A stretch of DNA of 63,998 nucleotides, the filler included, from Octopus bimaculoides (lineage: Eukaryota): the NCBI RefSeq assembly GCF_001194135.2. It is 8 parts of 7 records of this genome, joined end to end, with 100 filler letters (N's around TTAATTAATTAA, not from the genome) between each part and the next. Parts side by side here need not be neighbours in the genome. Positions count along the whole stretch, not along the records: positions 10,567 to 17,265 come from NC_068983.1; positions 17,366 to 25,290 come from NC_069003.1; 6 more parts are not named here. One strand, written 5' to 3'. Shown one piece after another: positions 12,258-24,083 of the stretch; position 1 is the first letter of the stretch, and the number at the start of each line of letters is the position of its first letter. A program made the translations under genes and the position numbers. Under the pieces are notes generated by a model, which saw only the letters and a list, made by a program, of their open reading frames with translations, did no database searches and was not told the DNA's origin.

Positions 12258-14184
12258 TTTATACCTAGTTAGCTACCTATCAATCTGTGTATTTGCGTGT
12301 GTGTGTGTGTGAATTCATGAATGAAAAAAATACACACTTTAACAGTATGTACATTATAGACCATGTTATATAGAGTAATATTCCATTGAGCCAAATATGT
12401 GGCCCGTTTAGCTTCTCGGTTGAAATTACTTCATTTCATCTTCATCGTTAATGGAAACGTATGAACGCCACCTCAACTTATTCTCCTCCCTAAAACTGTC
12501 ATCAGGAAAGCTATTAGTTGTATGAGTATACATATGAATTATGGCTGTTATAACAGGTTCCTGTGTATGAAATATGGTAAGAGCTTAGCTATACTACCGA
12601 CTAAATTAGTAATTTTAGTCTAACAGATTAGACTATAATCCATGAAAGAAATATAATCGTTCTTTGGTACATTGGTTTGCGGTTGGCTCCATATATTAAT
12701 AAAATAAAATATCTGAAACCGCATCTGGAATTCACTGGGTGAAAATAAAAATTAAATAGAAGTATAAACAAATATAAATCCAAATTTTGTGTAGAGGGAA
12801 GACCATGTTCTAATGAATATTATTAGGAACAAATATTAATGTAATCCCCGAGTGAAAGCTGAGTGCAATTAATGGAGAAAAAATTTTAATATAAATTTAA
12901 TAAAAAGACATTAGTTAAGTATTTTATTGAGGCGATATTAGCGCTTGGTTAGTGATTACAGATAAGAAATATAAAACGGGAGATTAAATATCAGAAGAAA
13001 TTTTCGGTCAAATGTTAATACTAAGGTTTTAAAGCCAATATATTGCCATATATTAGGGTCAACTACCAGTTAAACGTCAATGTCATAACGTCAAAATCTA
13101 GCGTTAATGCTACTGTTACAGTCTGATGGTAAACGCACGTGAACGACCTTTCTCCTAGTTTCATACATTTCGAAGGCTCTCGGAAGGAAATATAAGCATC
13201 TGAAAAGTGAAGAAAAACTTTAGGGAAAGGGTATCTTTTTAAGAAGTTAGCTTAAAGTTGAGCGACACTCCATAAATCAAATAGAAATCTACAAACAACA
13301 AATGTGTGACAGGAATATTGGTAGAGTGCCAAATACCAACTCATTCTCTAGAAATCAACCCTAAATCACTGTGTTCAGACGTAAAAAAAGAAGTAAACAA
13401 TAAACGTGATGCTGTCAAAGATTAATAACGTCACCAAGATTCTATAAAAAAATGAAGAACTTGTTTTTTATCGGTAGCTAGTTTGGCCAACGAAAATAAA
13501 CAACAGAACCCACAGATATTTCACTTATTAGATTCCCAATGTCGTAAAGATACATTTTGGACAAACAATATATTGAAATTTCATTAACAATTTCATCTTT
13601 AGCGCCTTTTCTTTGACAGGCCATCAGCTATATATAGATGGTTTATCTGATAACAAGTCAGTGGTTGAGACGCAGCCAAGACCACTGACTGCAGGAATTT
13701 ACGCTACTTAATTCAAGAGGTCCATTCTACTCAACGACAGCTATTATCATTTCTGACACACATCTCACTTGGTATAAATATCTTTGTTCTGTCGTTCGCC
13801 ACAACATTTTTATATTAACAATAATTATTGGTTCTTCTATCTCTCAACTTAATCAAAACACACCTTCCGTAGAGCTGGAACTTTATGAAACCTATTTTCA
13901 CCATTTTTTATGACCCATGTATTATCCTGATTATATATTAGGCGTAAATTGTTACTAAAATTTCATAACATGATTTGTTAATTTCAACAAATTCATTTCT
14001 TTCTCTCATTATCTTTGACTGTATCTCCATCAAGCTTATACGATTTATTTAATGTAATACATGGTGGAATCTGTGCTGGAAAAGATCGTTATAAAAACAT
14101 TGTTTTAGTGATGGGACTCGATTAATGTTGATCAATATTTCATGTACCCACCTGCTAAATAAATGTTGCCCCTGCCAAATCTAT

Positions 14185-14334
14185 AAGTACATTATTTACA
14201 TTATTTACATTTGACAGATATTTGTCCTCATCTGGTTTGTTACCACAACGTTTCGGCTGATATATCCTCCAGCCTTCATCAGGTGTCTTGGGGAAATTTC
14301 GAACTTGGGTTCTCATTCCTAAAGTATTTTACAA

Positions 14335-14402
<68 letters not shown>

Positions 14403-14443
14403 TCACTGCCTGGAATCGAACTCGGAGTTCGCTGCCCAGATTT
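14185..14443 (-). mobile_element. Composite short element: B-box-like head + (AAT)n + hammerhead-bearing 3' module
   Basis: Minus strand reads ccgagttcgattccaggcagtgacctg-(AAT)n-cattgtaaaatactttaggaatgagaaccc...CTGATGA...GAAACGTT...atgtaaataatgtaaataatgtac; 5' end lost in the N gap. Confidence 0.7.
14242..14287 (-). ncRNA. Minimal type I hammerhead ribozyme motif
   Basis: gacac-CTGATGA-A-GGCTG(gaggatatat)CAGCC-GAA-ACGT-T-gtggt; one mismatch in helix I. Confidence 0.7.
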
Positions 14444-14600
14444 TNNNNNNNNNNNNNNNNNNNNNNNNNNNNNNNNNNNNNNNNNNNNNNNNNNNNNNNN
14501 NNNNNNNNNNNNNNNNNNNNNNNNNNNNNNNNNNNNNNNNNNNNNNNNNNNNNNNNNNNNNNNNNNNNNNNNNNNNNNNNNNNNNNNNNNNNNNNNNNNN

Positions 14601-14660
14601 GTCTCTGGGTGAGACTTGGATCCAACTTGTACAAATGCAAAACAAAAGTCAAACATAAAA
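14601..14660 (+). mobile_element. 3' UTR tip of the (AAT)n-tailed retroelement also seen at 7215-7358
   Basis: gtctctgggtgagacttggatccaacttgtacaaatgcaaaacaaaagtcaaacataaaa followed by (TAA)n. Confidence 0.7.
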
Positions 14661-14675
14661 TAATAATAATAATAA

Positions 14676-14706
<31 letters not shown>

Positions 14707-14729
14707 AAGAAGAAGAAGAAGAAGAAGAA

Positions 14730-14895
14730 GATCGAAAAAACCTTAGGAACGAGAACCCAGGTTCGAAATTTTCCCAAGACACCTGATGAAGGCTGGAGGG
14801 TATATCAGCTGAAACGTTGTGTTAACAACAAACAAGATGAGGACAAATATCTGTCAAATGTAAATAATGTACATAATTCCTCATCTCTTAAATAT
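14730..14895 (+). mobile_element. Second, inverted copy of the hammerhead-bearing module
   Basis: About 140 bp closely match the reverse complement of 14190-14335. Confidence 0.8.
14778..14823 (+). ncRNA. Minimal type I hammerhead ribozyme motif
   Basis: GACAC-CTGATGA-A-GGCTG(gagggtatat)CAGCT-GAA-ACGT-T-GTGTT; 5-bp helix I, 5-bp helix II, palindromic ACGU helix III, GUU site 14816-14818. Confidence 0.8.
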
Positions 14896-14924
14896 AGAAC
14901 TGTAAAATCTATAAGCGTTTGTCC

Positions 14925-15078
14925 CCCACCACCGCTGCTTAGCGGTTCAGCAAAAGAGGCCGATAGAGTATCAAACTTAAAATAACTACTCGGATCGGTT
15001 TGTTCGACTAAAGCCTTCAAGGTGGTGCTCCAGCATGGCCATAGTCGAATGAATGAAACAAGTAAGAAAAAAAAGATA
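14925..15078 (+). mobile_element. Family A SINE, 3' half
   Basis: cttagcggttcagcaaaagaggccgatagag...ccagcatggccatagtcgaatgaatgaaacaagtaag. Confidence 0.8.
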
Positions 15079-15133
15079 AAATATTAATTTTTTTTAACTG
15101 AAAACATTTTCAGTCGTACACAATTTTTTCAAA

Positions 15134-15533
15134 TCTTTTACTTGTTTCAGTCATTGGACTGCGACCATGCTGGGGCACCACCTTGAAATTTTAATGAAAT
15201 GAATCGACCTCTGTAATAATTTTTTTAAAACCTAGCACCTATTCTATCGGTTTCTTCTCCGAATCGCTAGGTTACTGGGACGCAAACATACCAACACCTG
15301 TTGCCAAGCAGTACTGGTTGGGGGCGGGAAACACAGACACAAAGACACACACACACACACACACATATATATACGTATACAACAGGCGTCTTTCAATTTC
15401 CGTCTACCAAATACACTCACAAGTCTTTGGTTGGTCCGAGGCTGTAGTAGGAGACTCTTGCTCAAGGTGTCATGCAGTGGAACTGAACCCGGAACCAGGT
15501 GGTTGGGCAGGACACTTCTTACCACACAGCCAC
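15134..15533 (-). mobile_element. Family A CORE-like SINE, near full length
   Basis: Minus strand: gtggctgtgtggtaag head, ccgggttcagttcc B-box-like, CORE-like gacaccttgagcaagagtct, internal (TG/TA)n, tail aaacaagtaaaaga. Confidence 0.9.
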
Positions 15534-17539
15534 GCTTGCATTTAAATATATTTAGCACAATTTTTGACAATAAGAGCAAATTTTCTCTGAAGGCCCGGAA
15601 GAATTTCCCTCTGCAGCATAACACACAGCCTTAAAGAATTCCGATGCCCCCAACATTAATTTATGCATTCCTTTATCCAGTTTTATAAACCTTACACGAG
15701 ATCCCTCTCCCCATCGCCATTGCTTTTTCATTTTCTGGTCAAAGGTTATCAGTTTAAACTGGAATAGATAAGGCAGGGGATACAAGTTTAATCCAGCTTT
15801 TCAGATGGGTGGTTACTTTTACTGACCCCGACGGTGTCAAGTTCTGCTCGCTTGTTAGAATGCGTCAAGGGATTCTTTCCCCGTAAAAATCCTTCAGGCA
15901 TTAGAAACTCATATTGGGGAGTGTGTGCGTGCGTGCGTGTGTGTGTATGTGTGTATGTGTGTGTGTGCGTGCGTATGTGTGCGTGTGTGTGTGTGTATAT
16001 GCATGTGTGTTTGTGTGTGCGTGAGTGCGTGTGTACATGCATGCGTGTGTGTGCGTGCGTGTGTTCACGCGCATACTTGCGTGCGTGTNNNNNNNNNNNN
16101 NNNNNNNNNNNNNNNNNNNNNNNNNNNNNNNNNNNNNNNNNNNNNNNNNNNNNNNNNNNNNNNNNNNNNNNNNNNNNNNNNNNNNNNNNNNNNNNNNNNN
16201 NNNNNNNNNNNNNNNNNNNNNNNNNNNNNNNNNNNNNNNNNNNNNNNNNNNNNNNNNNNNNNNNNNNNNNNNNNNNNNNNNNNNNNNNNNNNNNNNNNNN
16301 NNNNNNNNNNNNNNNNNNNNNNNNNNNNNNNNNNNNNNNNNNNNNNNNNNNNNNNNNNNNNNNNNNNNNNNNNNNNNNNNNNNNNNNNNNNNNNNNNNNN
16401 NNNNNNNNNNNNNNNNNNNNNNNNNNNNNNNNNNNNNNNNNNNNNNNNNNNNNNNNNNNNNNNNNNNNNNNNNNNNNNNNNNNNNNNNNNNNNNNNNNNN
16501 NNNNNNNNNNNNNNNNNNNNNNNNNNNNNNNNNNTGCGTGCACATACTTGCGTGCGTGCGTGTGTGTGTGTGCATGTGTGTGTGTGCATGTGTGTGTGTG
16601 CATGTGCCTATATGTGCGTATGTGTTGTGTGTGCACGTGTGTGTTCCCAAAGCCCAGCAAACACAAAAGTAATTAAGTTTTAAGTTCACCTTAAGCGTCA
16701 CTTCCAGAAGCCCACCCGCCCGTCCACCTCTCCGTCCATCCAACCATCCATCCATCCATCCATCCATCCATCCACTGTTCTAAGTGAACGTACGTAAAGA
16801 GAGAGAGAGAGTGGAGGCGCTAGAGGTGAGCGGATGAATATCCTCGGTGTACGTGTCTAACTTCATAATTGCATGCTTATGCTTGTGTATATGCCTACAG
16901 GTGTATACGCGTGTCTTTGTGTGTGTGTGAGAGAATGTGTGCGTGTGTGTGCGTGCGTGTGTGTGTGTGCATGGCCATCAAACACATGGTTCCCTCTCCT
17001 CTCCCCTTCATCTTCCTCTCTCCCCACCCACCCCCTCTCTCTACGTGTATTAGTGTCAATGCAACATTTTATTATCTCTAGCTACGTTTATAAGAGAGAA
17101 GATGATTCATAAGTGAACTATTTTCGTTTAAAGTTGCTATTTTTTTTTCTTTTTTGCCATTTTTTTTAACGAATTCCATAAGAAGGCAAAAAAAAATCCC
17201 CACTTATCATCCCTACAACACAATTTATCAAATGGGATTTTAAATTAATTACATATTATATATATNNNNNNNNNNNNNNNNNNNNNNNNNNNNNNNNNNN
17301 NNNNNNNNNTTAATTAATTAANNNNNNNNNNNNNNNNNNNNNNNNNNNNNNNNNNNNNNNNNNNNGAAACTGAGTTTGCACCCCCTAAGCAAATTTTGTT
17401 CCCGGGCCACTGGGTATGCATCACCTTTCCGATGCCTGCTTTTTTGCATTATGCATTTATTCATATATACTGATGTTGACATGTCCAGTAAGAAAGACAA
17501 AAGTGGATGAAGTCAGAATCCAATGGGTCAAGCATAATA

Positions 17540-18097
17540 AACAAAATCATAGGGAGAAGCAGAAAACAAGAAGCTTGTCTATGTTCAGTGCCGTGAGGAC
17601 CAACAAACTGAAGTCTTTTAGATTGCAAGACAGTGTGTGAGAGAAAATTGTGATGCCATAGGAGAGAAANNNNNNNNNNCAAGACAGTGTGTGAGAGAAA
17701 ATTGTGATGCCATAGGAGAGAAATGTGTCTGCATGGATGATGGTGCACTTGTGCTTAATGATTCTACAAAGAAAGAGGCTTGGAGATGTCATTATGAAAG
17801 ACTGCTGAACATNNNNNNNNNNCTTGGAGATGTCATTATGAAAGACTGCTGAACATGGAGAATGAATGGGAGGAGGAAAGCCTGCCAAATGTTGACCCAA
17901 TTGAGGGATCAGATACTCAAATCAACAGTATCCTGGTAGATAAAATAATTAAGGATAGGAAGACAGGGAAAGCCCCCAGCTCATCAGGAATCCCTGCTGA
18001 GATGCTTAAAATATATGGCGGTCACCCATATTGTACATCAGGTGGTTCATGGAGTCATACCCAATGACTGGTGTAGCAGCACCATAGTCAACTGCTA
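17540..18097 (+). mobile_element. RTE-clade LINE ORF fragment (endonuclease-RT linker)
   Basis: ARQCVRENCD..GEKC..DDG..KKEAWRCHYERLLN.ENEWEEESLPNVDPIEG..KTGKAPSSSGIPAEMLK..IPNDWCSSTIVNC. Confidence 0.85.
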
Positions 18098-18430
18098 NNN
18101 NNNNNNNNNNNNNNNNNNNNNNNNNNNNNNNNNNNNNNNNNNNNNNNNNNNNNNNNNNNNNNNNNNNNNNNNNNNNNNNNNNNNNNNNNNNNNNNNNNNN
18201 NNNNNNNNNNNNNNNNNNNNNNNNNNNNNNNNNNNNNNNNNNNNNNNNNNNNNNNNNNNNNNNNNNNNNNNNNNNNNNNNNNNNNNNNNNNNNNNNNNNN
18301 NNNNNNNNNNNNNNNNNNNNNNNNNNNNNNNNNNNNNNNNNNNNNNNNNNNNNNNNNNNNNNNNNNNNNNNNNNNNNNNCGCTCGAAATGGTGTCTTTTA
18401 TGTGCCACCCGCACAAGAGCCAGTCCAAGC

Positions 18431-18506
18431 CCAACTAATTAAGGAGAGAGTTAGTCTGGATGCGATGCAGTTTGGTTTTGTGCAAGGAAGAAGCACCGCC
18501 TGCATT
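18431..18506 (+). mobile_element. RTE RT-domain fragment
   Basis: QLIKERVSLDAMQFGFVQGRST matches the QFGF..GRST RT motif. Confidence 0.8.
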
Positions 18507-18534
18507 TAACTCCATTGATACATCGCTAACCACT

Positions 18535-18712
18535 ACACACATTTTTTTCTCTCCTTGTTTCTTTCTGNNNNNNNNNNNNNNNNNNNNNNNNNNNNNNNNN
18601 NNNNNNNNNNNNNNNNNNNNNNNNNNNNNNNNNNNNNNNNNNNNNNNNGTTATACTAATACATCTGTTTGTTTTCTACAACACCTGTCTTCGTCTTTTGT
18701 GAATTCTCCCTA
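18535..18712 (+). mobile_element. Gap-interrupted relative of the 46.8/60.3-kb short element
   Basis: Shares the ttttttctctccttgt start and tactaatacat..acacctgtcttcgtc..ttctccc(TA)n end; the ribozyme part would fall in the Ns. Confidence 0.55.
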
Positions 18713-19524
18713 TATATATATATATAAATCTAGATAGATATATACACACAATTGGTTTCTTTGAGTTTCTGTTTACCAAATCCATTCACAAGGCTTTGGC
18801 CATCTCAGGAATATGGTGGAAAACACTTGCGCAAACTGTCACACGGTGGAATGGAACCTTGAAGCAAATTTCCTACCACACAGCCTTGCCTGATCCTTTG
18901 TGAACAGAACATTCACCTCCCTACCTTGCTACTTACAAACCGTTGTATCGCTACAGAAAAGAAATAATGTTAATGCATCCTGCATCACAATGACCTATAT
19001 ATTGTGGTGCTGATGTCATTATACAAATTAGAAGTGCAAATGTGACAAGTGAAGCTGATTAAAACAATTATTGGGAGCAGCAAATTGTTCTTGTGTTACA
19101 CTATTGATTCTGCCATTAGACAAAAACTGATTAATAGTCTTTCGTACTGACACAATTCTCTACAGAGGAATAGATATAAATCATTGATCTCAGAGCTCTA
19201 TCAATGAACCATTGATCTCATAGTTCTTGTAGTGACTCCTTCAGCCACTCTGTTGTTGATAAACTGAGTCATATGCTTTCTCAGAATACAAATACAAATG
19301 CATTAGGTTAGTGAGTAGGTTCCAGTTCACCGCCTGCTGTCAGGATAAAACAGAACGGTGGGNNNNNNNNNNGGGGGGGGGGGGATAAGAATGAGAGAAT
19401 AAGTATGAAATGGAGCAAGACTGAAGGAGTTGTGCTGCAGCTGAAAGAAATCTATCCTATCTGTCTGTCTCTCTCTTGATTGATCGACCGATCCATTCAT
19501 CTATGTATCACCAGCATATAACAT

Positions 19525-20245
19525 CTGTTTTCCATGCTGGCATGGGTTGGATGGTTTGACTGGAGCTAGTCAGCCAGAGAGCCGCACTAGACTCTGGTCA
19601 TCTGTCTTAGCTCGGTGTCTACGGCTGGATGCTCTTCCTATCACCAACCACTTTACAGAGTGCATTGAGTGCTTTCATGTGGCACCAGCACAGATATCTT
19701 TTATGTAACACTGACATGAGTGCCTTTTATGTATTACTGGCACTGGCCATGATTATGGTTCACTTAGCTTGATGTGTCTTCTCAAGCACTGCAAATTACC
19801 TCTGTGAGGCTCAACAGCTGAAGATGTTTCACCACCACATCCCACATCTTCCGGTGTCAACCCCTTCCACAGGTTCCCTCCATAATTAGAGACCGATTGT
19901 TAAACAGCTATCTTCATCCATACATATCACATGACCATACCAGTGCAACCTTTTCTCTTGCATATTATATCTTATGCCTCTTATACCCAACTTTTCTCTT
20001 AAAACACTCACACTCTGCTGCACATGCACATTGACATTGCATACACAGCAGAGCATTCATTTCTTTCAAGCCTTTGCATGTCCCCTGTAGTTGCAGCCTA
20101 TGTTTCACTGCTATGTAGTATGGCTGTTTGTACACTGGCATCATAAAATCTGAAATCTGCCTTTCATTCTAAGAGAGAAGTCTTTTGTTACCAACAATAG
20201 TAGAAGCTCTCTGAATTTTACCCAGCTTGTTCTTATTCTGCTGGT
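19525..20245 (-). mobile_element. RTE-clade LINE 3' end with 3' UTR
   Basis: Minus translation resembles KFRELL.LLVTK.FSLRMK.RFYDASVQTAILHSSET..RLERNE..LHWYGHVICMDED..RPRKMWDVVVKH; UTR ends ccaacccatgccagcatggaaaac. Confidence 0.85.
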
Positions 20246-20247
20246 TT

Positions 20248-20582
20248 GCTTGCTTATCATCGCTCAACTCATGGACACAAGCAACGATTTCTTTACCGAA
20301 TCGTTANNNNNNNNNNNNNNNNNNNNNNNNNNNNNNNTATGAAGCAGTGTAAGGAATGGCTTAGCCCCAGTAAACAAGCGACACTGCGAGTGAAACGAGA
20401 TCTTCATCCGCATAAAATGATGTGCATATAGTGGGACTGGGAAGGGATTATCCATTACGATTTGCTTGAATGGAACCAAACGGTCAACACGGAACTCTAT
20501 GTTCAACAGATGGNNNNNNNNNNTCAACGCGGCTATTCAAGAGAAAAGACCTAATCGGCAGCATGGAGTTCTTTTGCTTCAT
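20248..20582 (+). mobile_element. Mariner transposase fragment (catalytic region)
   Basis: QRFLYRIV..KEWLSPSKQATLRVKRDLHPHKMMCI*WDW.GIIHYDLL..NQTVNTELYVQQM..NAAIQEKRPNRQHGVLLLH, cut just before the second catalytic Asp. Confidence 0.85.
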
Positions 20583-20682
20583 GTTTTCCATGCTGGCATG
20601 GGTTGGATGGTTCTATCCAATTATANNNNNNNNNNCTTCATGTTTTCCATGCTGGCATGGGTTGGATGGTTCTATCCAATTA
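20583..20682 (-). mobile_element. RTE 3' terminal fragment
   Basis: ttttccatgctggcatgggttggatgg, as at 19530 and 29554; duplicated around a 10-N gap. Confidence 0.7.
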
Positions 20683-20689
20683 TATGAAT

Positions 20690-21300
20690 GAACTTTCATC
20701 TGTTGTCATCAATGATGACCAGAGATATCACACGGGAGAAAGAAGATGGGTCAAGATGTGGCCGATCAGTCAAATGCATGTTCAGAAAACTCTGCTGCAG
20801 TTCAAGCACCGGTGGTCTGCTAAGACTGAAGCCAAGAAGTTGGCTCTGGACTTGCACAGCTCACATTTTCTTTGTGCTCCTGTGATCCCGTTATGTTCAT
20901 AGGAGGTGGTACCTATGTTGGTAAAGCTTTGCCAGGCAGAGTGGTCCTGTTTGCAATTTCTCAAGAATCAGGGTTGATTCCAAAGCACTTCAGTGAGGCT
21001 TTGAGTGCATCTTTGAAGTACTTTTTCTGCCCATATCGTGTGCACTTGCCCTCTGCCAGTTCACAGTTAAAACAGTCTCTTGAAAAGCCATGTGTCAGGC
21101 AGTCAAACAAGGTGGCTTGCCCACCACCTGACCTATGCTCTCCTCAGCACTGTATAAATGCTTGGCAGATCAGCACAAGAAAGGACCTGCCTAGCTGAGA
21201 CTTTTGTCTTGCTAGGTGATGATTTCCAACAGCTTTCTCAGGCAGTTCAGTTTAGGCTTTTTGCATGGCATTCATAAGCTATCCAAGTTTCACAGGCATT
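20690..21300 (-). mobile_element. Second RTE-clade family, 3' end with C-terminal zinc-finger-like motif
   Basis: Minus: ACETW..CELAEGKCTRYGQKKYFKDALKASLKCFGINPDS..DHSAWQS..RKCELCKSRA..HRCLNCSRVF. Confidence 0.8.
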
Positions 21301-21329
21301 CAGTTATGGGTGTGAAAATGCTGAAAGTA

Positions 21330-21368
21330 CAACACAGAACCAGACAAAAACATGAAACATTCTTTATT
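21330..21368 (-). terminator. Candidate polyadenylation signal with GU-rich downstream element
   Basis: Minus-strand AATAAA at 21368-21363, followed by TGTTTTTGTCTGGTTCTGTGTTGT; preceded by UTR-like unique sequence. Confidence 0.4.
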
Positions 21369-21827
21369 AGATAACAAAACAAAACTACTGTTCACTTTAC
21401 ATAACATTGTTTTCTGTGTTATTTTGTTTTTTAGGTGGGGGATGAGGTGGATCAGATTCAGTTTTGATTTTTTTACTCTTTTTTTTTTTCTATTTTTACT
21501 TCTCATTTGCTTTTTCATTTTTTTTTTTTTTACAAACAGAGGGCAGTGGGTACATCAGAATTTCAATAAGAAAGGGGTGATTATAGGAGAAGAAAAGAGG
21601 ACACGATGATGGCACCTAATAATTCTCTTCTTTGTTGGGTTTTCGTCTTTTAGGTGGGTGTTGAAAAGGTAAATCATAAAAAGAATTAGGGAACCACAGG
21701 TAGCAGATGCACACGTTCTTGCATCCTACACTGCACGCTGCAAGCGCCCTGCTCCTCGTTAGAGTCTCATTACTATTTTCGTCTCTGTTGAAACGTCTAA
21801 TGATGTGAACCGAAGCTACGACCTCAG

Positions 21828-21862
21828 TCAATCCATCTCAACTCCACTCCACTTCAACTCTG
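21828..21862 (-). CDS. Candidate short terminal coding exon (xELKWSGVEMD*), product unknown
   Basis: Strong acceptor (T)12ccccttctttatgttgacAG with NAGNAG; downstream ~460 bp UTR-like to the polyA signal. Confidence 0.35.
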
Positions 21863-22049
21863 CTGTCAACATAAAGAAGGGGAAAAAAAAAAACTGGGGT
21901 TGTTTTGTTGTTAATTGAGAGTTAATAAACGAAACTTGGTGACTGGTGGTGATGGTAGTGGAAGAGGAGAACACAACTACAACAAAAACAACAACAACAT
22001 CAGCAGTTTCGCTTTCATACATAATAAACAAGATCGACAAACTTGTCTA

Positions 22050-22270
22050 TCGTTGATTTCAAATTTTGGCACAAGGCCGGCAATTTTAGAGGAGGGGGGA
22101 CAAATCGATTACATCAACCCCAGTGCTGAACTGGTACTTATTTTATTGACTCCCAAAAGATGATAGAAAAAGTTGACCTCGGTGGAATTTGAACTCACAA
22201 CGTAAAGACGGGTGAAATGCCAATAAGAATTCTGCCCGGTGTGCTAATGATTTTGCCAGCTTGCTGCCTT
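22050..22270 (-). mobile_element. Family B SINE (tail type 2)
   Basis: Core present; minus tail ggccttgtgccaaaatttgaaatcaa. Confidence 0.85.
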
Positions 22271-22520
22271 ATATTTCTCTATTATTGCTGGTACATTTTT
22301 GTTTTCTCGAATAAATTAGTCTGTCTAGATGTAATAATTCCTTTGAATATAGAGGCACAAGGCCAACTAGTGATTATCATAATTAATAACAAAAAGACAG
22401 TAAGCTGGCTTAGTGACATTTATCTGGCTTTATGTACATATTCAGCAGAGGTTGACTTTGCCATTCGTCCTTTAAGATTGTTTAAATAGAGAGATAAAAT
22501 AAAATAAAATAAAATAAATA

Positions 22521-22740
22521 ATCCTTTTCTATTAAGGACACAAAGCCTGGAATTTGGCAGGAAGGGGCTAGTCAGTTACATCAACCCCAGTGTTTCACTG
22601 GTACTTAATTCATCGACCCCCCAAAAGGATGAAAGGCAAAGTTGACCTCGGCGGATTTTGAACTCAGAACATAAAGACAGACGAAATGNNNNNNNNNNNN
22701 NNNNNNNNCATGCTAATGATTCTGCCAGCTCACCACCTTA
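22521..22740 (-). mobile_element. Family B SINE (tail type 1)
   Basis: Core present; 5' end adjoins (ATT)n. Confidence 0.85.
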
Positions 22741-23936
22741 ATAATAATAATAATAATAGATAGCGAGATGAGTTACTTCAGTCCTTTATATAAACTAATA
22801 ATAATAATAATAATAATANNNNNNNNNNAGTTACTTCAGTCCTTTATATAAACTAATAATAATAATAATAATAATAATTGTTTTCGATTTAGGAATAAGA
22901 ACAGCAATTTTGAAAGGATGGGGGATTCAGTCAAGTTGATCAAGTCAAAATTTGAACTCAGAAACTAAATATCACATTCTTGCCTGGCAATCTGAACAAA
23001 AGAGTTCAAGCCATGACCATCCCAACTTTCTTCAGATACGCTGTATCCAGGGCTCTCTGTGTGAGTAATGTATGTGGCTTATACTGTGTATTGTGATCTG
23101 TGTATGTAATATACAGTTTATATTATACCCAATGTAGTCTTAAGGCCCAGAGAGAACTCATGGGTGTATGGGGCCAGTTCTGACCTCTGTATGTTGTAGT
23201 TGCAGTTAAATATATTGAATTGGCCCCTGTACATTAATTTATCAGGGGTNNNNNNNNNNNNNNNNNNNNNNNNNNNNNNNNNNNNNNNNNNNNNNNNNNN
23301 NNTACACACATGGTTGTGCTGTATAATGTTTGGTTGCTCTGTAGCATGTGTAGAGTGTGGTATGGCTCTAATAATAATCTTGTGTATGATTGCTGCTTTT
23401 ATGTAAATGTATGAGGTGTGGTATACATATACATATGTATATTCTGCCCCCATTTCCCTAAGCTCCCCTTAGATATGTGATCCCTAGAGAATGTTTGATG
23501 AAAGGTAATGAGAAAAAGAGAGACAGGAAGGGGGAGGACTATCTCTATTTAACTTTGGTAAATGTAAAGGTAATACCATGAAGAAAAAGAACACACATGT
23601 ACACACACACACACACATAATTCAACCATGAGCATACATATACAGATTCACGCAGCACGTACACTCATTGGTAGGCNNNNNNNNNNATGAGCATACATAT
23701 ACAGATTCACGCAGCACGTACACTCATTGGTAGGCATGCATAAACTTAATAGATTCACATGTATAGATATTCACAGGTGGCATCTCACACATGCACTACC
23801 ATGCATACACACACGCACACATCAGTAAAAACGAAGAGGTACACATGTTCACCAGCTCCTAGCCCCCCACACCCCTCGCCACCAAATCACTGGTTCATTG
23901 CTTGGAGGAAACAATGAAAAAGAGACGCAAAGCAGA

Positions 23937-24083
23937 TCAGTAGACATAGAGGTCTGGAATCTGCATAGAGAAGACAGCAACTGCAGGATCGGGTGAACTG
24001 AGATTGGTGGTGGATGATGGACTTTCAGGTGGATTAGACACAAGATCCAGGATTTCGTTAAGCTTGTTGTGGAACTGGTTGGA
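23937..24083 (-). CDS. Candidate terminal coding exon, product unknown (phase-0 reading SNQFHNKLNEILDLVSNPPESPSSTTNLSSPDPAVAVFSMQIPDLYVY*)
   Basis: Acceptor ttctttctttcttttgcAG at 24085-24084; non-repetitive, higher-GC sequence; frame not certain. Confidence 0.45.
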   Translation of the reverse strand, partial: SNQFHNKLNEILDLVSNPPESPSSTTNLSSPDPAVAVFSMQIPDLYVY

